This document shows positions 25,158 to 32,000 of a stretch of 32,000 bases of DNA, one piece after another. The number at the start of each line of letters is the position of its first letter. The stretch's first letter is position 1. The notes below the pieces were generated by a model that was not told where the DNA came from, did not search any database, and was given only the letters and a program-made list of their open reading frames with translations. Location: contig NC_022359.1 in NCBI RefSeq assembly GCF_000354175.2, positions 1 to 32,000 on the forward strand, read 5' to 3'. The stretch comes from Vibrio alginolyticus NBRC 15630 = ATCC 17749. GTDB lineage: Bacteria > Pseudomonadota > Gammaproteobacteria > Enterobacterales > Vibrionaceae. Made by a program: the position numbers and the translations under genes.

Positions 25158-27338
25158 ATGACTCATGACTATCATCAGATAGCGATGGACTCTTCACAGA
25201 AAAACAAACCAAGCCCGTGTCATATCGCCCTCTTTATTTCACTTCAATTTAGTACTTTTGTCGTACCAATTAGTATCGCTCAAGCTGAAGAAGTCGTAGA
25301 TGAATCAATGACAGTTTATGGTGAAGCAAACAGAGTTTATGCCGCTGGCAAAGTTTCTCACGCGAGTAATATGGGAATGCTTGGCGACAAAAACTTCATG
25401 GAAACGCCTTTCAATACGATTGGATACACAGAAAAACACATTCAAGACCAACAAGCACGCGATATCTCAGATGTAATCTCAGCTTCTGATCCCTCTGTTT
25501 TCACCAGCGGTGAAACCGGCTTAAACAAAGAAAGTTTCAAAGTAAGAGGTTTCAACTCAGACATTAGCGACGTTATGTTTAATGGATTGTATGGTATCGC
25601 TCCTTATTACCGAACCTCTCCTGAAATGTATCAACGTATTGATGTACTTAAAGGTCCTGCTTCTTTGCTCAACGGTATGCCACCGAATGGATCTGTTGGT
25701 GGCACCATCAACTTAGTGACAAAAAGAGCACAAGAAACACCAATCACATCTTTCACCGGCAGCTACTTATCGGACACTCAATTCGGAGGACATATCGATA
25801 TTGGACGTCGCTTTGGTACAAATGAAGAATTTGGTATTCGTTTCAACGGTGCATTTAAAGATGGAGACACCGCGATAAACAACCAAAGCAAAAAAACTCA
25901 ACTTGCATCATTAAGCCTTGATTGGCGTAATGACATTGCTTTCCTTGAAGCAGATTTTTACTACAGTACAGAGCGAGTTGAAGGTGCAAACCGTGGGTTA
26001 AGCATCGCTTCTGGTCTCAAAATCCCATCACCTCCTCCATCTGACACATTATTGACGCCAAGTTGGGCCTACAATGATAGCGAAGATAAAGGGATGATGA
26101 TTCGCGGGGAGCTAAACGTTAGTGACTCTGTAACTGTATACAGCGCATTGGGTGGTAGCCGTACAGATTTTCATTCAAATGTACCGCAACGAATCAAAAT
26201 CATCGATAACGAGGGTAACCTAGAGGTATCTCTCGGATCAGTTAAGCTTGAGAACAAACGAACTTCAGGTGAGATAGGTGTTCGTAGCAACTTTGACATT
26301 GGCCCAGTAGAACACCACCTTGTACTGAATAGTACTTACTTTAGAGAAGATAAAAATGATTCTCCAACAGGTAATAATAATCCAGCCCCTTGGAACTCGA
26401 ATATTTATGATCCTGTTTGGGGACCAGAAAATTCAGTTTACGACAACTACTATGGTTTACCTGTCGATTCAACTCAGGTCAGCTATGGCATTGCCGATAC
26501 GTTATCTTTTGTTGATGGGAAATATCAAATCACGCTCGGCTTGCGTTACCAGAGCATTGATTATGAATCTGGAATAATAATGAACGGAATGTCGCTTCCT
26601 ACCACCAAGTTTAAGGAAAGTACTTACACTCCCGCACTTGCAGCATTATACAAAGTTTCGAGCTCAGTTTCGCTTTATGGTAACTACACCGAAGGCTTAA
26701 CGAATGGGAAAACAGCAGGCTCTAGCGCCGCAAACGCAGGAGAGGCTTTTGAACCCCAAAAAACCAAACAGACTGAAGCAGGCGTGAAGCTTGACCTGGA
26801 CGGCTTTGCTCATACGTTCAGTTTATTTGAGATTAAAAAGCCAAATGGGTACCAAGATCCGGATACCAACATTTTTTCTTTCGGTGGTGAACAGCGCAAT
26901 CGCGGTATTGAATGGGGGTTCTACGGCACACTATCAAAGGACTATACGCTCATCGGTGGTATCGCCTATACAGATGCAGAGATTACAAAAGCAACAGATG
27001 TGACAGAGGAGGGGAAACAAGCAACTAAGCTACCCGATTTACAAGCTAAACTCGCATTAGAATGGAACCTCCCTGCGATGCGTGATCTCACGCTTATCGG
27101 CCAAGCGAACTATATGTCTGAACAGTACATTGATGCACAAAACACTCAGGCATTACCTGCACAGACTATTCTTGATCTTGGCGCACGCTACAACTCAAAA
27201 ATTGCTGAAACAAGCGTGGTTTGGCGCCTTAGCGTAAACAATGTACTGGATGAAGATTACTGGACAACCACCCACTATGCGGACCTAGCTCTTGGCGCAC
27301 CACGTACAGTGATGCTGTCAGCTACTGCGGATTTCTAA
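25158..27338 (+). CDS. TonB-dependent siderophore receptor (no N-terminal signalling extension)
   Basis: The 726-aa product has a signal peptide ending ISIAQA, followed by the TonB-box-like ESMTVYG. The plug motifs are [13 protein letters not shown]...[11 protein letters not shown] beta-barrel follows, ending in ...LSATADF (terminal Phe). Confidence 0.88.
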   Translation: MTHDYHQIAMDSSQKNKPSPCHIALFISLQFSTFVVPISIAQAEEVVDESMTVYGEANRVYAAGKVSHASNMGMLGDKNFMETPFNTIGYTEKHIQDQQARDISDVISASDPSVFTSGETGLNKESFKVRGFNSDISDVMFNGLYGIAPYYRTSPEMYQRIDVLKGPASLLNGMPPNGSVGGTINLVTKRAQETPITSFTGSYLSDTQFGGHIDIGRRFGTNEEFGIRFNGAFKDGDTAINNQSKKTQLASLSLDWRNDIAFLEADFYYSTERVEGANRGLSIASGLKIPSPPPSDTLLTPSWAYNDSEDKGMMIRGELNVSDSVTVYSALGGSRTDFHSNVPQRIKIIDNEGNLEVSLGSVKLENKRTSGEIGVRSNFDIGPVEHHLVLNSTYFREDKNDSPTGNNNPAPWNSNIYDPVWGPENSVYDNYYGLPVDSTQVSYGIADTLSFVDGKYQITLGLRYQSIDYESGIIMNGMSLPTTKFKESTYTPALAALYKVSSSVSLYGNYTEGLTNGKTAGSSAANAGEAFEPQKTKQTEAGVKLDLDGFAHTFSLFEIKKPNGYQDPDTNIFSFGGEQRNRGIEWGFYGTLSKDYTLIGGIAYTDAEITKATDVTEEGKQATKLPDLQAKLALEWNLPAMRDLTLIGQANYMSEQYIDAQNTQALPAQTILDLGARYNSKIAETSVVWRLSVNNVLDEDYWTTTHYADLALGAPRTVMLSATADF

Positions 27339-27602
27339 TCCCTCCACCTCCCCTTTAGCCTGCCTTCTAAGGGGGACTTACTCCCATTTGGCTGTTCATG
27401 AAAATTCACAACAAATCAAAGGAAGTACTCATCTTCAACATTCAAGCAGACAAAGAGCTCGCAACACCTACGGCCAAAGTTAATTCAAAACATAATCCAT
27501 CAACGTCCACTTCCATAGGCTTTATATGAAAAACGATAAGAGCTCAATATGCTCTACCACGTTCTCCTTATTTTCGCTTGATAGGCTAGATAAGGTGACA
27601 AT

Positions 27603-29213
27603 ATGATAAGTAAAATCAGCCAACATTACGTTACGCCTAGCTTAATGCCAGCCTTAAAGCCATCGATTAAGAAGCTTGCTTTGGGAACGTTTTGTGAAGC
27701 ACTTGCCGCTGTGGCAAAAGTTGGTGCACTGCTATGCTTGATAAACCTTATCGATAAATTTGCAAACCAATGGATTTACGGTGCCATAGGACTTTGGGCG
27801 GCTAGCGCACTTGCCTCATCAGTGGGCTCGTGGTTAGTTCATGATGCCGAGTCGCAGTTTTCCACTCGATTACGTCGCCAAGTTGCTCAGCACTTGACGC
27901 GCTTGCCAAGCAAGACCATCTCTCAATATGGTGATAATCAACTGCGTCGCATAGTTTCCGAAGACATCAGCACGCTTCACCACATGGTTGCGCATTTGCC
28001 TTCAGAACTCGTGACATTCATTGTCGTTCCCGCAACTTCTATTTTTATCATGTTGAATCTCACAGGTCCGGTAGCGATGCTTACTCTGCTCCCTGGTCTA
28101 ATTGCATCATTGTACTACCTACTCTTTTTACCTAGGTTCGCCGCTAAACATGGCAAAGAGCGCATGACAATAATGGGTGATATCGTTACCGCAGTAAACG
28201 ACTACACAAGAGGTATCCGAGTAAATCGAATTTACGGCACGCAAGCAGGAGCACTCGACAGCTATAATGATGCCACAAGACGCTTTACTCACGGCATAGT
28301 GAAATGGGTTGGTAGCGTTGCCCTTCCAGCAGCAATTGCTACCGCATTACTTCAAGCGGTTTCGACTTTCGCAATGGCCTATACCATTGGCTATGAATTA
28401 AGTCCCGTGGCAATGGCGTCGCTATTCTTTTTTGGTTTGGCCGTCGTATCACCCGCACTGAAGCTTGGCCATGGATTGGACTACGTTAACGCAGGAAAGA
28501 ATGCTGCAAAGAACATCAGCGACTTTTTACAGCAACCACAAATAGAAAGTGGCAGTTTGAGCGCGGGAGAAAAACCGCTATCACTACAAGCATCAAATAT
28601 CGTAGTGGCTAATGGAACCGTTAATATTATTGATAACTTCTCCCACTACTTCCCACGGGGTTCATTTACAGCCATCATGGGGCCTAGCGGAGCAGGCAAA
28701 AGTACGTTACTACGTCTATTAGCAGGTCAAGAAACACCTCTTTCAGGCTTCGTTACCTTAGGAGGCAATCAACTGTCTAAACTCTCTGAGATATCCCGAT
28801 ACTCCGCCATACGCTATGTACCCCAAGATATCGGTGTACTCAAAACTACCATTAGGCAGAATTTGAAACTATCAACGCCAAGTTCAAGTGACGACGAGCT
28901 GAACCAAGCTTTGCAACAAGCTCAATTAAAGATTGACCTCAATTCTGATGCAAGCGTGCTTTCAGGAGGCGAGCAACAACGTGTCGCAATAGCTAACACA
29001 TTTCTAACTCAAGCCAACGTTCTATTACTGGATGAACCAACCAGTGCTCTCGATAAAAATACGGCCTTCACTGTGATCAGAAATCTCGCGAAGTTTGCGA
29101 AAACACAAGACAAGATATTGATCATAATTACTCACGACTCAGAACTCGCGAAACTTGCAGACACTACATTGATGCTCAACAGAAAGGCTCAACGACAGGA
29201 TGAAGAAGTATGA
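27603..29213 (+). CDS. ABC half-transporter, fused TMD-NBD (CydD/YbtP/IrtA-like exporter fold)
   Basis: The 536-aa product has six predicted N-terminal TM helices. It also has Walker A GPSGAGKST, signature LSGGEQQRVAIA and Walker B LLLDEPTSALD. Confidence 0.85.
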   Translation: MISKISQHYVTPSLMPALKPSIKKLALGTFCEALAAVAKVGALLCLINLIDKFANQWIYGAIGLWAASALASSVGSWLVHDAESQFSTRLRRQVAQHLTRLPSKTISQYGDNQLRRIVSEDISTLHHMVAHLPSELVTFIVVPATSIFIMLNLTGPVAMLTLLPGLIASLYYLLFLPRFAAKHGKERMTIMGDIVTAVNDYTRGIRVNRIYGTQAGALDSYNDATRRFTHGIVKWVGSVALPAAIATALLQAVSTFAMAYTIGYELSPVAMASLFFFGLAVVSPALKLGHGLDYVNAGKNAAKNISDFLQQPQIESGSLSAGEKPLSLQASNIVVANGTVNIIDNFSHYFPRGSFTAIMGPSGAGKSTLLRLLAGQETPLSGFVTLGGNQLSKLSEISRYSAIRYVPQDIGVLKTTIRQNLKLSTPSSSDDELNQALQQAQLKIDLNSDASVLSGGEQQRVAIANTFLTQANVLLLDEPTSALDKNTAFTVIRNLAKFAKTQDKILIIITHDSELAKLADTTLMLNRKAQRQDEEV

Positions 29214-30901
29214 CGGCTCACAATACCCTCTATTCCAATTCGACAATTCCACAAAGTGCAAAGCACCGTCTATATCGAGTCGCTATAGGTTGGGGACTAG
29301 TTGCATTATTTGAGGCAACGGCTTACACATTTCTTGCAATATCTATTGTCGAACAAGCTTCACCATTGAACGTCATAATAGCTGCTGTTCTAACTGTGAT
29401 AGTTACCGTTATTGTAACTCGTTCTGGATTTCTCTCTGGTGCGAAACTGGCTGGGGATCTTTATTCATCAGTAGGTCATTCGCTCAGTAAAGCAAAGTTA
29501 GCTTGGTTTAATGATCAGCATAGAACTCAGCTCACTCAACTAGCAGAACGAGGAATACCTGGCTTTATGGCCATTCCTGCTCATCAGCTACAAACATTTT
29601 TGCACGCTCCAATGTTACCCATATTTTTAATTATCGGTATTGGGGTCGTTGGAGGAGGTGAAATTGCACTACTCAGTGCCGTATTGTTACTAGTTGCACT
29701 GCTCGTTCAGTACAAGGCGCAAAGATACCTAAGTCGCTCAGATAGCGACCGACATGACGCAGAGCTTCAAGCGACTAAATCAACACTTGAGCTCATAGAT
29801 CACCTTGAGTTACTTCGCTCAACAGCGGGGCCTGAGCGCTCAATCGAGCGTATTGAACAGAGTTGGCACGCACAAGAAGAAGCTCATTCAACTATTAATC
29901 GTAACGCTTCTATCGCAACCTTAGTATCAGGATTGGCAACGATTTTACCCCTTGCAGGTATCGCCATCTATCTCGTCTTAGAGCCGATTACTCAACCCTT
30001 ATTAGCCTTGGCTTTATTGATATTGATTACCCGTGCAGCTGCACCTTTGGGTGAACTCGCGTTGGCAGGCTTTGCGATTAACGACGTAAAATCCTCAATT
30101 AAAAATTACGCTCAGTTAACGAATGTCCCTGTTCTGCCTGAGCCTAATCCTCAATTTGCAACCTCCCCCAAAAACCATAAGTTCGAACTGAACCTTGTGG
30201 GCCATTTAGATCTCTTTGAAGATGCTAGCACGGAGATCAAACAAGGTGATACCGTCGTCATCAATGGAGTCAGTGGCAGTGGGAAAAGCACTTTACTGGG
30301 CCTGTTTCTAAGGTTTGATGATCCTGACCAAGGTCTTATTTCGCTCGGAGGGATAGATCTAAAGAATATCCCTTATGACGTGCTCACCCAGCATATAGCC
30401 TATGTTGCTCAGGAACCGGTCATTTTTACTGGCACATTGGCGGATAACATTCGGTTAGGTAATCCCAATGCAAGTGATTATGAAGTTGAGAGCTTTGCAA
30501 GACACGCACAATTGGACAAACTTATTGACTCATCTCCTAAAGGAATACATCAAACAGTAGGACAAAGAGGCTCAGGGTTGTCAGGAGGTGAAAGACAGAG
30601 AGTTGCAATTGCGCGAGCTCTCATTAAAAAGGCGCCAATCCTCATTTTCGACGAAGCGACGGCAGCATTAGACGAAGCAACCGAAAAAAGTATTGCTCAA
30701 CATATTCAAACATTGAACTCGACCGTGATTATTGTGACGCATCGCGATCAGAATATATGGTCACCCACATTGGAACTCACGATTGAGGGTAGAAGAGTTA
30801 TAGTTGCACAGTACAACTCTACTTCCTTGAAAAGTAGGGACAAATTGGCGGCTGAAGAAACTAATAACAATCAATACTTAAATCTAAGCGGTGTCAATTG
30901 A
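29210..30901 (+). CDS. ABC half-transporter, fused TMD-NBD (CydC/YbtQ/IrtB-like exporter fold)
   Basis: The 563-aa product overlaps the upstream partner in an ATGA motif. It has Walker A GVSGSGKST, signature LSGGERQRVAIARAL and Walker B LIFDEATAALD. Confidence 0.85.
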   Translation: MTAHNTLYSNSTIPQSAKHRLYRVAIGWGLVALFEATAYTFLAISIVEQASPLNVIIAAVLTVIVTVIVTRSGFLSGAKLAGDLYSSVGHSLSKAKLAWFNDQHRTQLTQLAERGIPGFMAIPAHQLQTFLHAPMLPIFLIIGIGVVGGGEIALLSAVLLLVALLVQYKAQRYLSRSDSDRHDAELQATKSTLELIDHLELLRSTAGPERSIERIEQSWHAQEEAHSTINRNASIATLVSGLATILPLAGIAIYLVLEPITQPLLALALLILITRAAAPLGELALAGFAINDVKSSIKNYAQLTNVPVLPEPNPQFATSPKNHKFELNLVGHLDLFEDASTEIKQGDTVVINGVSGSGKSTLLGLFLRFDDPDQGLISLGGIDLKNIPYDVLTQHIAYVAQEPVIFTGTLADNIRLGNPNASDYEVESFARHAQLDKLIDSSPKGIHQTVGQRGSGLSGGERQRVAIARALIKKAPILIFDEATAALDEATEKSIAQHIQTLNSTVIIVTHRDQNIWSPTLELTIEGRRVIVAQYNSTSLKSRDKLAAEETNNNQYLNLSGVN

Positions 30902-31104
30902 GTTTTTTGTCACTTTAGCACATTGTATCATCTAAAGAATCTTACAGGCATGTTGTAAAGCAATAATAATAAAGCGAATTCTCAAGGTTATAATTCTGAC
31001 TCAATCTGACACAAGATAGACGTAGGTCTTTCCAATACCATCAGCTTTTCGAGTCGGTCATCATACAGCGCATTGTCAATTTTTTTAAAATAGACTCTAC
31101 ACTT

Positions 31105-31893
31105 TTACAACAATCGATTCTTGTATTGCTCCGGTGTCATGCCGGAGTATTTCTTGAACATCGCGATAAAAGGGCTGGCTTGGTTATAACCTAACGTCAG
31201 AGCGACTTCTTTTACGGTCTGCCCTTTACGCAGCAACTCCATAGAATGCAAATAACGTACACGTAAGCGCCACTCAGTAAAGCTCATTCCTAATTCACTC
31301 TGGCAATGTCTCGCTAACGTGCGTTCTGTGGTATGCACTTTTGCCGCCCACTCCGCCAAACTGATCTCATCCGTCGGCGATTCTTCTACTGCTTTTAAAA
31401 TCGGTTCAAGATACTTATTGTCGGTAGTCGGTAAAAAGTGATGTTCGACTTCTTGCTTTGCAAGCTGGTCCAATAACACTTGTACCAAGCGCTTGTCTTC
31501 ATCAGTTTGCGCCACATTAATGTCTCGCTGACGAAAGTCCTCAATAATAGATGACACGATTGGAGTCACTTTGATCAAGCTCGTTTTGGTAGGAAAATGC
31601 GCTGTCAATTCAGGGGCAATGTTCAAAGAACAATATTCGATTGGCTTACGGTTGTAGCTAGTGTGACGAATTCCGGCGGGAACCCAAATAGCAAGATGTG
31701 GAGGTGCTAGAAATCTTGTGTCTTCTGCATCCATCTCCAGAATCCCACCGCTGATCAGTTGCACTTGCCCCCAAGGGTGGCTATGAATTCGTGTTTCTGT
31801 ATTAGAGAGAAACGCTTCGAAATTCATAAATACATCTGATGGCGCACGATCGATTGATAAGGAGGGGTGAAGATTTCTGGCGCTCTTTTTCAA
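31105..31893 (-). CDS. AraC-family transcriptional regulator (cupin sensor domain plus double HTH)
   Basis: The 262-aa product has a C-terminal AraC signature (ISLAEWAAKVHTTERTLARHCQSELGMSFTEWRLRVRYLHSMELLRKGQTVKEVALTLGYNQASPFIAMFKKYSGMTPEQY). It is convergent with the ABC pair. Confidence 0.87.
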   Translation of the reverse strand: MKKSARNLHPSLSIDRAPSDVFMNFEAFLSNTETRIHSHPWGQVQLISGGILEMDAEDTRFLAPPHLAIWVPAGIRHTSYNRKPIEYCSLNIAPELTAHFPTKTSLIKVTPIVSSIIEDFRQRDINVAQTDEDKRLVQVLLDQLAKQEVEHHFLPTTDNKYLEPILKAVEESPTDEISLAEWAAKVHTTERTLARHCQSELGMSFTEWRLRVRYLHSMELLRKGQTVKEVALTLGYNQASPFIAMFKKYSGMTPEQYKNRLL

Positions 31894-32000
31894 AATTGTC
31901 TTCCTATCGCTTACGATGTCTTTTAAGAGATACTTTTTATTATAAAGACCTGCCAGACTAGCGCCATCAATAATTGTGCTATAGGGTTCTCATGATTTAT

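Noticed and set aside
27339-27602. The hairpin CCCCTTTAG...CTAAGGGGG just after the receptor gene, considered as a terminator separating the receptor from the ABC pair.
   Set aside because: The stem has a mismatch and no T-tract follows. I cannot decide from sequence alone whether the ABC pair is co-transcribed.
1-32000. A search by eye for CRISPR repeats, tRNA or rRNA, IS elements or transposases, integrases, integron attC (VCR-like) sites, toxin-antitoxin pairs and defence-type nuclease or ATPase genes.
   Set aside because: None was found. The repeats present are intragenic protein repeats (the TonB spacer and the LRR-like protein) or individual terminator and operator palindromes.

Overview
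This window looks like Vibrio DNA, probably chromosome-II type. That assignment is an inference from my memory of V. cholerae HutZ/HutX/HutW/TonB1 sequences. It holds about 29 real genes.

(1) 1-8.9 kb: cheV, then a PduO-fold gene. After that comes the complete, well-known heme-utilisation locus: hutW-hutX-hutZ on the minus strand, divergent from tonB1-exbB1-exbD1-hutB-hutC-hutD on the plus strand. A Fur-box-like GATAAT repeat sits in the shared promoter region.

(2) 8.9-21.4 kb: a mix of housekeeping and accessory genes.
- a TetR regulator
- a frameshifted yfcZ/DUF406 gene
- small secreted proteins, including one built from 20-residue LRR-like repeats
- a PlsC-type acyltransferase
- a short AraC-like protein
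- an NMN/NaMN adenylyltransferase-like gene divergent from nadE
- a MOSC-FNR-[2Fe-2S] fusion oxidoreductase
- a Pmp3/YqaE proteolipid
- pyrC with a PurR-like box
- a DUF808 membrane protein
- an M14 carboxypeptidase

(3) 21.4-32 kb: an AT-rich 755-bp non-coding tract carrying a near-consensus Fur-overlapped promoter. It is followed by a siderophore-uptake cluster with no biosynthesis genes:
- two FecCD permeases
- a lipoprotein binding protein
- a TonB-dependent receptor
- a pair of fused TMD-NBD ABC half-transporters
- a convergent AraC regulator

I saw no CRISPR array, tRNA or rRNA, IS element or transposase, integrase, integron attC, prophage gene or recognisable defence gene. I do not see a convincing brand-new multi-gene system.

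The items most worth a second look are:
- the ATPase-less importer paired with an exporter-fold ABC heterodimer
- its long structured Fur-controlled leader
- the PduO-fold protein with a degenerate motif, sitting behind the hutZ terminator
- the periodic LRR-like secreted protein
- the homopolymer frameshift in yfcZ

All family assignments come from reading motifs by eye. No database search was run.
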